From contig CANRGR010000001.1 in the NCBI GenBank assembly GCA_947630245.1, forward strand, positions 11,175 through 75,174: a stretch of DNA of 64,000 bases, written 5' to 3'. The translations under genes were made by a program, and so were the position numbers. Numbering within the stretch: position 1 is the stretch's first letter; each line of letters opens with the position of its first letter. The notes beneath the pieces were generated by a model. It searched no databases, was not told the origin of the DNA, and saw only the letters and a list, made by a program, of their open reading frames with translations. The DNA comes from an uncultured Clostridia bacterium (GTDB taxonomy: Bacteria; Bacillota; Clostridia; Christensenellales; Borkfalkiaceae). Below are positions 47,057 to 57,308 of this stretch, piece after piece.

Positions 47057-48979
47057 TCAAAGATTGTCGATCTCCCGCAGCCAGAGATCTGCCGATGCGT
47101 CGGACGGCATCCGCCAATCGGCGCGGGGAGAGAGGCTCACCGAGCCCACTTTCACGCCGTCCGGCACACAGTTGCGCTTGAATTGCTGCGCAAAGAAGCG
47201 CCGATAGAAGTTCTTCAACCATTTCCGCAGTTCGGAACGGTCATATTTGTCCCGGAACGCATATTCCGCCAGATAGAGCGTCTTGGCGGGACTGTCTCCG
47301 CGGCGCAGAAAATGCCAGAGATAGAAGTCGTGCAGTTCGTAGGGACCCACGAGATCCTCCGTCTTTTGCGCGATATTTCCCTTTTCGTCGGGCGGAAGGA
47401 GCTCGGGAGAGATCTCCGTGCTCAGAATTGATTTGAGCACGACTTCCATTCTTCCGCCGAGCCGCTTCGCCTCATATGCGACAAGCGATCTCACAAGCGT
47501 CTTGGGAATGGAGGAATTGACGGCATACATGCTCATATGGTCGCCGTTATACGTGCACCAGCCGAGCGCGAGTTCGCTCAGATCCCCCGTCCCGACGACG
47601 AGCCCTTGCGTTTCATTGGCGATGTCCATGAGCACCATCGTGCGGTATCTCGCCTGCGCGTTCTCATAGGTGACGTTCCTGTCCTCGGGATCGTGGTCGA
47701 TGTCGCGGAAATGGCGGTTCACCGTCCCGCCGATGCTGACGGAGCGGACAGTCACCCCCGCCGCCTGCATGAGCGACATGGCGTTGTTGCGGGTCTTGAC
47801 GGAAGTCCCGAAGCCCGGCATCGTCACCGCGACGACGTGCTCCCTGTCCTTTCCCAAAAGGTCGAACGCGCGGCAGGCGACGAGGAGCGCGAGCGCGGAA
47901 TCGAGCCCGCCCGAGATCCCGATGACCGCGCTCTCGGCACGGGTATGTGCGAGCCGCTTCGCAAGCGCGGACGACTGCATCGAGAGAATGAGCCCGCATC
48001 GCCGTTCGAGTTCCTTGCCCTGCGGCACAAAGGGAAGTTGCGGCACCTTGCGCACGGTGAGATCGCCCTCGCCCACAAAGTCCGCCCACTTCTCCGCGGG
48101 GATCCGATCTCCCTCGCCGTGAGAGAAGGTCGTCTGCTTTCTGCGCTCCGAAACGAGGAATCCGACGTCCACTTCCGCGACCGCCGTCCCACCCGAGAAG
48201 GGCAGAGCCTCCGCAAGGCAAGCGCCGTTTTCATAGATGAGATTGTTGCCCGCAAAGACCATGTCGGACGTGCTCTCCCCCGTGCCCGCGTCGGCATAGA
48301 TATAGGCACAAAGATTCTTGCCCGACTGCGCGGCAAGGAGCGTCTTTCGGTATTCCCTCTTCCCCACCGTCTCGTTGGAGGCGGAAAGATTGACGATGAT
48401 TGTCGCGCCACGGCGGCAGAGGGAGACGGAGGGCGATTCGGGCGCCCAGAGATCCTCGCAGATCTCGCAGCCGACGGTGACCCCGGGGTGATTTTTGTCG
48501 CGGATGAGAAGTTCGCGGTCCATGTAGGGGATTTCGCCGTTGAAAGTCGCCTCAAGGATGAGGACCGGTCGCTCCTCGGGCGCGGGCGAAAAGTAGCGCG
48601 CCTCGTAAAATTCATTGTAATTGGGAAGGTAGGTCTTGGGGACGAATTCCAAAATTTTGCCGTCCGCAAGCGCCGCGGCGCAGTTATAGAGCTTGCCGCC
48701 GTGGCTGAGCGGGAGCCCGACAAAGACGAGCATCTTCTTGCCCGCCGTCGCCCTTGCGATCGCTTTGAGCGCGTCAAGACAGCCGTCCAAGAGGGTCTGC
48801 CGCAAGAAGAGATCGCCGCAGGTGTAGCCCGAAATACAGAGCTCGGGAAAGACGAGGAGCTCCGTACCGTTTTCGGCATGTTCCCCGATGATCTCAATGA
48901 TCTTTTTCGCGTTGAATTTCGGATCGGCAACCCGCAGTTCCGGGCTCGCCGCCGCAACTTTTACAAATCCGTATTTCAT
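47057..48979 (-). CDS. nadE: glutamine-dependent NAD+ synthetase
   Basis: Start at the ATG at 48979 (MKYGFVKVAAASP) with an AGGAGGAAA RBS. N-terminal CN-hydrolase (FPELCISGY) plus a C-terminal NAD synthetase domain (ISGGLDSAL). Confidence 0.9.
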   Translation of the reverse strand: MKYGFVKVAAASPELRVADPKFNAKKIIEIIGEHAENGTELLVFPELCISGYTCGDLFLRQTLLDGCLDALKAIARATAGKKMLVFVGLPLSHGGKLYNCAAALADGKILEFVPKTYLPNYNEFYEARYFSPAPEERPVLILEATFNGEIPYMDRELLIRDKNHPGVTVGCEICEDLWAPESPSVSLCRRGATIIVNLSASNETVGKREYRKTLLAAQSGKNLCAYIYADAGTGESTSDMVFAGNNLIYENGACLAEALPFSGGTAVAEVDVGFLVSERRKQTTFSHGEGDRIPAEKWADFVGEGDLTVRKVPQLPFVPQGKELERRCGLILSMQSSALAKRLAHTRAESAVIGISGGLDSALALLVACRAFDLLGKDREHVVAVTMPGFGTSVKTRNNAMSLMQAAGVTVRSVSIGGTVNRHFRDIDHDPEDRNVTYENAQARYRTMVLMDIANETQGLVVGTGDLSELALGWCTYNGDHMSMYAVNSSIPKTLVRSLVAYEAKRLGGRMEVVLKSILSTEISPELLPPDEKGNIAQKTEDLVGPYELHDFYLWHFLRRGDSPAKTLYLAEYAFRDKYDRSELRKWLKNFYRRFFAQQFKRNCVPDGVKVGSVSLSPRADWRMPSDASADLWLREIDNL

Positions 48980-49030
48980 AATTTCCTCCTTCCCGCGCGT
49001 TGAAACACCACGCTTCCGGTGCTTTCCCAC

Positions 49031-49620
49031 TCTTTTTGTCATTCCGAACCCCGAAGGGGGGGGGTGAATCCCTAAGTCACTGTTTTTCCTGTCATTCCGA
49101 ACCCCGAAGGGGTGCCCCGCCCGCATTCTTTTTCACGAAGGGCGGCACGAGCACGCAGTGCGAAGTAGTGAATCTCCTCATTCAATACGGACTGCGTATC
49201 GGGGGATACACTCGGGCTACGCCCTCGGTATGACAGCGAAGGCTCTCGCTTGGCGCCCCTCGGGGTCCCCGCAAAAAGACGTAGTATTTTTGTGGGGTGG
49301 TATAGGGGAGCTCCGCCCGCAGGGCGGTGAGGGGTTTCTGAAACCCTTTCGGCTCACTCCGTTCGCCACTTTCCCTTTCAGGGACAGCAAGCGTTCCCAC
49401 AAATTCCCCGCGAGCAGAACCACGCTTCTGCGTAGCGGGACACAATTTGCCGCATACCTGCGGCTTGTTGTCCGATGAAACGAACGAGAGGACAAACAAG
49501 TTAAGGCGCGGAAGCACGTTTCTTCACGGAAATTCTTTACGAAGCGCGGCGGCGCGCCGCTTGCGGCAAGCCGCAAGCGAGCAAAGAATTTCGTGAAAAA
49601 GCAAGGAATTTCGTGAAAAA
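49031..49620. repeat. intergenic repeat array R6
   Basis: Holds GTCATTCCGAACCCCGAAGGGG modules, the long-core variant shared with R1 (…CGCATTCTTTTTCACGAAGGGCGGCACGAG…GTAGTGAATC), GGGGATACACTC/TATGACA units, the interrupted 110-bp module (49241-49391), and the ACAATTTGCCGCATACCTGCGGCTTGTTGTCCGATGAAACGAA...GTTAAGGCGCGGAAGCAC module. Confidence 0.9.
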
Positions 49621-49626
49621 CAAATT

Positions 49627-50649
49627 TTATTCCTCTCCCCCGGCGACGTCGGCAACCGACGCGCCTTTGGCGGCGACGCGGATCTTCTCTTCGATCTCCT
49701 GCGAGAGTTCGGGATTGTCTTTGAGGAACTGGCGCATTTTCTCTCTTCCGTTGGCGACCTTGTTGTCGTTATAGCTGAACCATGCGCCGCTCTTCTTAAT
49801 GATGTCGTATTGGATTCCGAGGTCGATGAGGCACCCCTCCTGCGAGACACCCTCGCCGAACATGATGTCGAATTCCGCCTGACGGAAGGGAGGCGCGAGC
49901 TTGTTTTTGACCACCTTGGCGCGGGTACGGTTGCCCGACGCGCCATCGGCGTCTTTGAGGGTGTCGATCTTCCTCACGTCGATGCGCACGGACGCATAGA
50001 ATTTGAGCGCCTTGCCGCCGGGAGTGACTTCGGGATTGCCGAACATCACGCCCACTTTTTCGCGGAGCTGGTTGATAAAGACGACGCACGTCTTGCTCTT
50101 GTTGACGATTGCGGTAAGTTTCCGAAGCGCCGGCGACATGAGCCGCGCTTGAAGTCCCACATGGGAATCCCCCATGTCCCCCTCGATCTCCGCCTTGGGC
50201 GTGAGCGCGGCGACGGAGTCCACGACGATGATGTCCACCGCGGAGGAACGGACAAGGCTGTCCACAATGTCGAGCGCCTGTTCGCCCGTGTCGGGCTGGG
50301 AGACGTAAAGTTCGTCGAGATTGACCCCGAGATGCTTGGCATACACGGGATCGAGCGCGTGTTCCGCGTCGATAAACGCCGCGATTCCGCCCGCCTTCTG
50401 TGCCTGTGCGACCGCGTGGAGCGCGACCGTCGTCTTGCCCGAGGACTCGGGGCCGTAGATCTCGATCATTCTGCCGCGGGGAAGTCCTCCGACGCCGAGC
50501 GCGAGATCGAGCGCGAGGCACCCCGTCGGAATGACGTCGATGTCCGTGTTCCCCGCCTCGTCGCCGAGTTTCATGATCGCCCCCTTGCCGTACTGCTTTT
50601 CGATCTGTGCGAGCACGGCGTCGAGCGCTTTGAGCTTGTCTTCGTTCAT
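49627..50649 (-). CDS. recA: recombinase RecA
   Basis: [16 protein letters not shown] (Walker A); 340 aa with full-length RecA signatures. Confidence 0.97.
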   Translation of the reverse strand: MNEDKLKALDAVLAQIEKQYGKGAIMKLGDEAGNTDIDVIPTGCLALDLALGVGGLPRGRMIEIYGPESSGKTTVALHAVAQAQKAGGIAAFIDAEHALDPVYAKHLGVNLDELYVSQPDTGEQALDIVDSLVRSSAVDIIVVDSVAALTPKAEIEGDMGDSHVGLQARLMSPALRKLTAIVNKSKTCVVFINQLREKVGVMFGNPEVTPGGKALKFYASVRIDVRKIDTLKDADGASGNRTRAKVVKNKLAPPFRQAEFDIMFGEGVSQEGCLIDLGIQYDIIKKSGAWFSYNDNKVANGREKMRQFLKDNPELSQEIEEKIRVAAKGASVADVAGGEE

Positions 50650-50681
50650 ATATTTTTCTCCTTCGATGGTTTTCCCCGATC

Positions 50682-51758
50682 CTAACGGATCTCTTTATAG
50701 GCATGGAAGAGCGCGAGATTGACCGCCTTCCGCGTGACCGCGCCGCGGTCCCCTTCCAGACGGTATTCGAATACGCGCACTCTCTCCCGCGTACCGACGG
50801 CGATGTAGCAAAGTCCCGCCGGTTTGCCGGAGGCGTCCGAATCCGGTCCCGCAATGCCCGTTGTGGCAACGGCGACGTCGCAGACCCCGTCGCGGAGCAA
50901 TCCCGCCGCCATTTCGTACGCCGTCTCGTTGGAGACCGCGCCCTTGTTTTTGAGCGTGTATTCGCTCACGCCGAGGCGGGCTTTCTTTGCCTCCTCGTCA
51001 TAGACGTTGAGTCCCTCGTAAAATACCTTGCTCGCCCCGGGGTTGGACACGATCGCCTGTCCCACGCCGCCGCCCGTAAAGGATTCCGCCGTCGCGATTT
51101 TCAGGCGGTGCAGTTTCAGCGCGGCAAAGAGCCGCTCCGCGATCGGGACGTCTTCGAGGGCGTACACATAGGGTTCGAGCTCGCTCGCGAGAATCCTCAC
51201 TATTTCGTCGACGGTCACTTTGGGCGTGTTGCCGTCGTAGATGACTTCGATCCTGCCGCAGCCGTCAATTTCGCTCGCATGGATCGAGAGCGTTCCGTCC
51301 GCCTCGTCCTGCGCGTCGGCGACCGCCGCGAGCACTTTCTCCGCCGGTGCGGCGACCGTGCGTACCACGACGCTGCCGTAGGACGTTCCCCGTCTCTTGT
51401 CCACGGCGGGAATGATTTCGGCGCGGGCGATCTCCCCGCCGCGCTCCCCCGCAGGCAGTACCGCAAAGAGACAGGTCGGCGTTTCGAGGAGCGTTCCCGT
51501 AAATTCCTTGCCCACGGCGACGGACACCGCCTCCCGTGCGGGAGAGAGAAGCACCTTATCGCAGATGACAAAGACGCCGTCGCACTCCCGCGCGAGGCGC
51601 GCGATGGAGTTTGTGACGGCGGCGGGGGCGTCATAGGGCAGAAGAACGACCTCGTCGAGCAGGACGCCGCCCGAGAGCAGAGCATCCGTCACGCAAGCGT
51701 AGTTCACGGACGAGACGGAATGATTGAGATTGCGTAGCACGACTGCCGCGTATTTCAT
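50682..51758 (-). CDS. cinA: CinA-family protein (PncC-like nicotinamide-nucleotide amidase C-domain, divergent N-domain)
   Basis: The C-terminal [14 protein letters not shown]...ATTGIAGPD is a typical CinA_C. In the N-terminal half I could not find the usual MoCF-type GTE/GGLGPT motifs. Classic cinA-recA adjacency. Confidence 0.75.
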   Translation of the reverse strand: MKYAAVVLRNLNHSVSSVNYACVTDALLSGGVLLDEVVLLPYDAPAAVTNSIARLARECDGVFVICDKVLLSPAREAVSVAVGKEFTGTLLETPTCLFAVLPAGERGGEIARAEIIPAVDKRRGTSYGSVVVRTVAAPAEKVLAAVADAQDEADGTLSIHASEIDGCGRIEVIYDGNTPKVTVDEIVRILASELEPYVYALEDVPIAERLFAALKLHRLKIATAESFTGGGVGQAIVSNPGASKVFYEGLNVYDEEAKKARLGVSEYTLKNKGAVSNETAYEMAAGLLRDGVCDVAVATTGIAGPDSDASGKPAGLCYIAVGTRERVRVFEYRLEGDRGAVTRKAVNLALFHAYKEIR

Positions 51759-51759
51759 C

Positions 51760-52371
51760 TTACTTCTTCTCTTTGGTTTCTTCGCGGAGAACTTGTCTGT
51801 TCCCGATGATATAGTTCATTCCCGAGAGAATGGTGAGCCCGGTCGCAAGCAGAAGCATGGCAAACCCGACGACCGCGGCGATCTTTCCCGCTTCGGTTTC
51901 GGGGAAGGAGGAGGCGACGACGAGAATGACGAGCGCAAAATCCTGCGCGACCGTTTTGAGTTTACCGAAAATGTCGGCGGCGAGCACGATTTTGCACTCC
52001 GCGGCGACCATGCGGAATCCGCTCACGATGAGTTCCCGCGCGAGAATCACGGCGGTGCAGACGCCCGCGGCGATCAGTCCCCAGCCCGCAAGATATTCCG
52101 TTTCGAACACGGCGGGAATGGCGAGCAGGAGAATGAGCGCGGTGGAGACGAGCACTTTATCCGCGATGGGGTCGAGAAATTTCCCGAGATTGGTGACGAG
52201 ATGGCGTTTGCGCGCGATGTATCCGTCGAGAAAGTCCGTGGATGCGGCGAGCGCAAAGACAATCCCCGCAATGAGAAAATTGTAGGGAAGAACGCCGTCT
52301 AAACAGAAAAAAACGGCGAAAACCGGGATCATCAAAATTCTTGTCAACGTGATTTTATTCGGTAAATTCAT
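51760..52371 (-). CDS. pgsA: CDP-diacylglycerol--glycerol-3-phosphate 3-phosphatidyltransferase
   Basis: Start at the ATG at 52371 (MNLPNKITLTRI). DG-x2-AR-x8-G-x3-D-x3-D motif (DFLDGYIARKRHLVTNLGKFLDPIADK). Confidence 0.9.
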   Translation of the reverse strand: MNLPNKITLTRILMIPVFAVFFCLDGVLPYNFLIAGIVFALAASTDFLDGYIARKRHLVTNLGKFLDPIADKVLVSTALILLLAIPAVFETEYLAGWGLIAAGVCTAVILARELIVSGFRMVAAECKIVLAADIFGKLKTVAQDFALVILVVASSFPETEAGKIAAVVGFAMLLLATGLTILSGMNYIIGNRQVLREETKEKK

Positions 52372-53683
52372 GGATGTTCTCCTCGGTATGTCCATACAAG
52401 TCATATGTATCGGCGCGGTCGATCAAGACCGTACAGATCTTTCCCTCCTCCGCCTGCGGCGCGTGAAAGTACGTCACGCCGTCGATCTCGGGAGCCTGAA
52501 AATAAGTTCTTCCGACAAAGCAGTTCCGTTTGAAATCAATCCCGTCGCAGAGCACGGGAATCCGCGTTCCGACGAATCCCCCGAGAAATTCCCGGGAAAC
52601 CCCCTCCTGCGCCGCATACAGTTCTCTGCGGCGGCGGTTTTTCACGCGCGCGGGGATCTGTCCCGCCATGCGGTAGGCGGGCGTATCCTCCTCCCGCGAA
52701 TAGGCGAAGAACCCGGCGTTTGTGAGGTTCGCCTCGCGCACAAAGGAGACGAGCGCGGCGTGTTCCTCCTCCGTTTCGGAGGGAAACCCCGTCATGAACG
52801 TCGTGCGGAGCGCGATCCCCGGAATCCGCTCTTTGAGGCGTCTGACGAGCGCGAGATATTCCGCGCGGCTCCCCTGCCGCCCCATGAGTTTCAGAATCCT
52901 GTCCTCCGAATGCTGCAACGGAATGTCGAGATATTTGAGGACCTTCGGATTGTCCGCTATCTCCCGGATCAATTCCTCCGTCACCCGCTCCGGATAACAG
53001 TATAGCAGTCTTATATGACAGATATTGTCAAGTTCGGAAATTTTTTTAATGAGTTTTACGAAATTATTTTCGCCCTTGTCCTCGCCGTAGCGGGACGTAT
53101 CCTGCGCGACGAGAATGAGTTCCTCGGTTCTGCCGAGCGAGCGCGCCTCTTCGACGAGCGTCTCGATCGGATAGGACGTATATTTCCCGCGGATCTTCGG
53201 AATCAGGCAATAGGTGCAGTGATTGGAGCAGCCCTCCGCGATTTTCAGATATTTGTAGTGCGGAGCGGTGGAGACGAGGCGGCTGCGTAAAGTCCCGTCG
53301 CCCTTTCCGACGGCGTCGACCCGCTCGCCCGCATATGCCCGTTCGAGCGCGGGGAACAGTTCCGAGACGTCGTTGATTCCCAAAAAGACGTCCCCCTCCG
53401 TGAGGGCGGGAAAGAGCTCGGAGATGAAGTGTTGGGGCAGACAGCCCGCCACAACGATCTTTTCGAGCGCGCCGCCGCGGTAGCGGTTCCCTTCGAGGAC
53501 GGTTTCGATCGCCTCCTTGCGCGCCGCATTCAGAAATGCGCATGTGTTCACAATGAGGATCTGCGCTTGGGAAAGGTCGTTGGTGATCGTACATCCGTGA
53601 GAGGCGATCTCCCCGAGCAGACGCTCGCCGTCCACGCGGTTCTTGTCGCAGCCGAGGGAGATCATTCCGAAAATTTTCTGCAT
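52355..53683 (-). CDS. rimO: ribosomal protein S12 methylthiotransferase RimO
   Basis: MTTase N-domain (SLGCDKN), radical SAM CSNHCTYC, C-terminal TRAM; 442 aa. Confidence 0.85.
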   Translation of the reverse strand: MQKIFGMISLGCDKNRVDGERLLGEIASHGCTITNDLSQAQILIVNTCAFLNAARKEAIETVLEGNRYRGGALEKIVVAGCLPQHFISELFPALTEGDVFLGINDVSELFPALERAYAGERVDAVGKGDGTLRSRLVSTAPHYKYLKIAEGCSNHCTYCLIPKIRGKYTSYPIETLVEEARSLGRTEELILVAQDTSRYGEDKGENNFVKLIKKISELDNICHIRLLYCYPERVTEELIREIADNPKVLKYLDIPLQHSEDRILKLMGRQGSRAEYLALVRRLKERIPGIALRTTFMTGFPSETEEEHAALVSFVREANLTNAGFFAYSREEDTPAYRMAGQIPARVKNRRRRELYAAQEGVSREFLGGFVGTRIPVLCDGIDFKRNCFVGRTYFQAPEIDGVTYFHAPQAEEGKICTVLIDRADTYDLYGHTEENIHEFTE

Positions 53684-53695
53684 GCGTGCTCCTTA

Positions 53696-56600
53696 TCAAT
53701 CGAGAGGACCGTATTTGCTCTCGAACTCTTCCTTCGTGAGGAGCACCGCCCTTGCGCGCGCCTTCCCGTCGAAGGGGGAGACATACCCCATCGTCTCCAT
53801 CCATTCCATGATCTTGCCCGCGTGGTTGTACCCCACCGAGCATCTGCGCTGAATGAGCGAGATGGACGCCGATCCGAGCTTGACGACCATGCCGAGCGCG
53901 CGGATATATTCGGGCGTGATCGCGCCGCCGCCATCCTCGTCGTCATCGTCGTAATTCTCCTCCGCCTCCTCGTTGCGGTTGATGTAATCGGTGACGTCGG
54001 GATCGAAATACGCCTCGTTGTGCGTCTTGATCTCCTCGACGATCGCCTGAACTTCCTCCGACGATATGAACGCGCACTGCACGCGGGAACAGTAGAACAT
54101 TCCCTCCGACTTATAGAGCATATCGCCGTTGCCGAGCAGTTTCTCCGCGCCCGATTCGTCGAGAATGGTACGGGAGTCCACTTCCTGAATGACGCGGAAC
54201 GCCATACGGGTGGGCAAATTCCCCTTGATGACGCCCGTGATGACGTCCACCGAGGGACGCTGGGTTGCGATGATGAGATGGATTCCCGCGGCGCGCGCCT
54301 TCTGCGCGATGCGCTGGATGCGCTCCTCGATGTCCTTCTTGGCGACGGACATGAGATCGGCGAGCTCGTCCACGACGATGACGATCTTGGGAAGTTTCTG
54401 ATCGCCTTCCGAGAGCGTGTCGTTATATTCGTCGAGATTGCGCACGACCGTGCCCGAGCGCGTCGTCTGCTCGAAGAGATCGAACCTGCGCTCCATCTCC
54501 TTGATCGCCCAGTTAAGCGCCATCACCGCCTTCTGTGCGTCCGCGACGATCTCGTTGATCATGAGATGAGGAAGTCCGTCGTAAACGGTGAATTCCACCT
54601 TCTTGGGGTCGATGAGAATGAGCCTCAAATCCTCGGGGGAATATTTGCAGATCAGGCTGATGAGAATCGCGTTCAGACAGACCGATTTCCCCGAGCCCGT
54701 CGCGCCTGCGATGAGCATATGCTTCATCTTGGTGATGTTGCCGCACACATTTCTGCCCTCGATGTCCTTCCCGATGGCAAACATGAGCGCGTCCCGCGTG
54801 CCGCCGAGATATTCGTTCGCCTGCATGACGGAGCGGAGCCCGACCGTCGCGCGCACGGAATTGGGCACTTCGATGGAGATGAGCCCGGATTCGTTGTTGG
54901 CATACATATTCACGCCGTCGCGGGCATGCAGCCGCATGGCGATCTCCCCGCCCCTGCGGGTGACCGTGTTCAGGGAAATGTTGTGCGGAATATCGAGATC
55001 GTAGCGCGTCACGGAAGGACCCGTCGTAACCCGCATGATCTCCGCGTCCACGCGGAATCCCGCAAGCGTCTCGATGATGATCTCCGAATTCCGCTCGACC
55101 TCCTCGGGCGGGACGGCGATCGTATCGTCGTACTGGCGGAACAGCGCCATCGAAGGCTGCTGGTAGGGACGGTAGACATGTCTCTCGGGACGGGGCGCCG
55201 CTTTGGACTTTTTCTCCGCAGGGCGCGGCGCGCTCTCCTCCGGGGGAGCGTCGTCATCAAAGAGATTCGCATCCGATCTCCGCAATCTGCCGATCGCACG
55301 GCTGTCCCCGAGATCTTCCTCCTCCGCGCTCTCTCTTCCGCGCGGCTCTTCAAACGTCTCTCTTCCGCGCGGTTCCTCGAACGATTCACTCTCCTGCGGC
55401 TCTTCGAAGGTCTCCCTTCCCCGCGGTTCCTCGAAGGTCTCCCTTCCCCGCGGTTCCTCGAACGTATTCTTTCTGCGCGGCGTATAGTCGTCCAATCCGC
55501 GGAGACCGCCGTATTCGGGGGGATCGTCGATCTTGTCGAGGAAATTCTTTTCTTCCCCCCTTCCGAACTCTCTTCCGAAGGAGGGATCAATCCTCGTGCG
55601 CTCCGCCCTCGGGCGGGAGAAGAGACTGCGGAACTCATCGTGCAGTTCATCCTTTTTCTCTGCGGGCTCCGCGGAGACGGGAGGATGCTCGCTCTTGACG
55701 GGCTCGGGTTCGGGGCTGACGGGCGCGCGTTTCACCCGCTCGGGCTCCTCCGTCCGCACATCTTCCGCGGCGGACGGTTCGTCGAAAATATTCGGCGCGG
55801 ACGTGAACTCCTCCTCAAAGGGAACGTCTTTGGCATAGCGGTCATGCGGCTCCTCCGGGGGCGTGATCGGCGCGCGATAGGAGGGCTTTGCGGGATAGTT
55901 GATATCCTCCGCCCGCACGGTATAGCCGTCGGGACGGGAGTCCGGTCTCTGTTCCACGATCTTGCGCGGCATCGGCTCGCGGGTGAGTTCCGCCTGCGCG
56001 CCGTAACGGTCGGTGTAGCTCGGCGCCGACCCGCCGCTCTGCCGGGGCTCCGTCCGCTTTTCGAAACTTGCGGGAATGCCGTAATCGGTTCTGCGCGCGG
56101 GAGAATCGCTCGGTTCGATGCTGCTCCTGCGCACACGGGAATTGAAATAGGAATCCTGGTTGTAAATCAAATTGCGCTTGAAATCCTGCGCGGGAGACGA
56201 ATACAGAATATCCATTCCGGAATACCCGCCGAACAATCCCGCGTCGTCCGCGGGCGCGTTGTACTGCGGCTCCGACGGCTGTTCGTACCGCGGTTGTTCA
56301 TATCTCGGCTGTTCATACCGCGGCTGTTCGTATTGAGGCTGTTCGTATTGAGGCTGTTCATAGCGCGGTTGTTCATATTGAGGCTGTTCGCGCACGGGCG
56401 CCTCTGCAGGGGGGGCGGTGCGGTAACGGACGGTACGGGGCGTCGGTGCCGCGTCTGCCTCGGAGACGTTCTTGCCGCCCGTTTTCTTCTCCTTTGCGGG
56501 TTTCTCCGCGCGCGGACCGCGGCGGGAGAACGCCAACGCAAAAAACGGTTTCAAGAGGAAGAATGCGCAGACCGCGAGGAGCAGGGAGAACAGAACGTAC

Positions 56601-57076
56601 GCTCCCACGGGCGAGAGAATCGCCTGCACGGGGTAGACGAGGAGCCCGAGAAAGACCCCGCCGGGCGTGGAAGCCGAGGCGGACGTCTCCGCCGCGTTCC
56701 AGCAGTGCGACATATACGCCCCGAATCCGCCGCCGAGGGAGGCGGACGTCAGGGCGAGATGGACGATGAGAAAGACGCACACCGTCGCCGCCGAGCCCTT
56801 CAAAACCCAGCGCCACGGGAGTAATTTCCTTCCCGAGATCATGACGACGGAGAGATAGAGGCAGAGGACGAGCGCGGGATAGACGAAAAATCCGAGCGCG
56901 CCGAAAAGAAACGCCGTGATCGACGTGCCGATCTCGCCGAGTATGTAATTCCCTATGATTGAAATGACGAGCAGGATGACGCTGAACAACAGCAACGTCA
57001 TGCCGAAGGTTTCCCTCGTGATGACGGAGCCGACGCCCGGGCTTTTCTTGTCCTCCCCGCGACCGTAACCGTTCAA
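53696..57076 (-). CDS. ftsK: DNA translocase FtsK/SpoIIIE with a long repetitive linker
   Basis: TTG start at 57076 preceded by GGAGG. N-terminal four or so TM segments, an about 450-aa low-complexity linker, the motor domain (Walker A GATGSGKSV) and a C-terminal gamma winged helix. Confidence 0.9.
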   Translation of the reverse strand: MNGYGRGEDKKSPGVGSVITRETFGMTLLLFSVILLVISIIGNYILGEIGTSITAFLFGALGFFVYPALVLCLYLSVVMISGRKLLPWRWVLKGSAATVCVFLIVHLALTSASLGGGFGAYMSHCWNAAETSASASTPGGVFLGLLVYPVQAILSPVGAYVLFSLLLAVCAFFLLKPFFALAFSRRGPRAEKPAKEKKTGGKNVSEADAAPTPRTVRYRTAPPAEAPVREQPQYEQPRYEQPQYEQPQYEQPRYEQPRYEQPRYEQPSEPQYNAPADDAGLFGGYSGMDILYSSPAQDFKRNLIYNQDSYFNSRVRRSSIEPSDSPARRTDYGIPASFEKRTEPRQSGGSAPSYTDRYGAQAELTREPMPRKIVEQRPDSRPDGYTVRAEDINYPAKPSYRAPITPPEEPHDRYAKDVPFEEEFTSAPNIFDEPSAAEDVRTEEPERVKRAPVSPEPEPVKSEHPPVSAEPAEKKDELHDEFRSLFSRPRAERTRIDPSFGREFGRGEEKNFLDKIDDPPEYGGLRGLDDYTPRRKNTFEEPRGRETFEEPRGRETFEEPQESESFEEPRGRETFEEPRGRESAEEEDLGDSRAIGRLRRSDANLFDDDAPPEESAPRPAEKKSKAAPRPERHVYRPYQQPSMALFRQYDDTIAVPPEEVERNSEIIIETLAGFRVDAEIMRVTTGPSVTRYDLDIPHNISLNTVTRRGGEIAMRLHARDGVNMYANNESGLISIEVPNSVRATVGLRSVMQANEYLGGTRDALMFAIGKDIEGRNVCGNITKMKHMLIAGATGSGKSVCLNAILISLICKYSPEDLRLILIDPKKVEFTVYDGLPHLMINEIVADAQKAVMALNWAIKEMERRFDLFEQTTRSGTVVRNLDEYNDTLSEGDQKLPKIVIVVDELADLMSVAKKDIEERIQRIAQKARAAGIHLIIATQRPSVDVITGVIKGNLPTRMAFRVIQEVDSRTILDESGAEKLLGNGDMLYKSEGMFYCSRVQCAFISSEEVQAIVEEIKTHNEAYFDPDVTDYINRNEEAEENYDDDDEDGGGAITPEYIRALGMVVKLGSASISLIQRRCSVGYNHAGKIMEWMETMGYVSPFDGKARARAVLLTKEEFESKYGPLD
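55329..55463. repeat. 27-bp in-frame tandem repeat inside ftsK
   Basis: Five or so units encoding FEEPRGRET variants. Confidence 0.85.
56266..56392. repeat. 15-bp in-frame tandem repeat inside ftsK
   Basis: Eight or so units encoding YEQP(Q/R). Confidence 0.85.
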
Positions 57077-57128
57077 AATATTCCTCCGTTCCCCGAAAAG
57101 ACAGGGTATCGCTATTTTCTCATGTTAT

Positions 57129-57157
57129 AGTATAACATTTCGCGGCGGAATTTTCAA
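57129..57157 (-). promoter_or_regulatory. sigma-A type promoter for ftsK
   Basis: On the minus strand: TTGAAA (57152-57157), 17 nt, TATACT (57129-57134). Confidence 0.5.
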
Positions 57158-57246
57158 CGATATTGACATGGATTTTTTGCGGGAAATAAAAAAATATTTG
57201 TAGACGGGACATGCTATCGCGCGAAAAATGTTGCTCCGCAGGCAGA

Positions 57247-57286
57247 GAGACCGCCCCGACGGACTTTCCTCCGCCGGGGCGGTCTC
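57247..57286 (-). terminator. hairpin after the spo0A-like gene
   Basis: 12-bp stem GAGACCGCCCCG / CGGGGCGGTCTC, about 20 nt past the stop. No strong T-run. Confidence 0.55.
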
Positions 57287-57308
57287 CCCCTTTCCTTATC
57301 TATCCGAC

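Noticed and set aside
50682-51758. cinA as a pseudogene, because the N-terminal half lacks the MoCF-type motifs I expected.
   Set aside because: The frame is intact over 358 aa with a proper start, the C-terminal PncC-like domain is well conserved, and it sits in the classic cinA-recA context. A divergent N-domain is more likely than decay.
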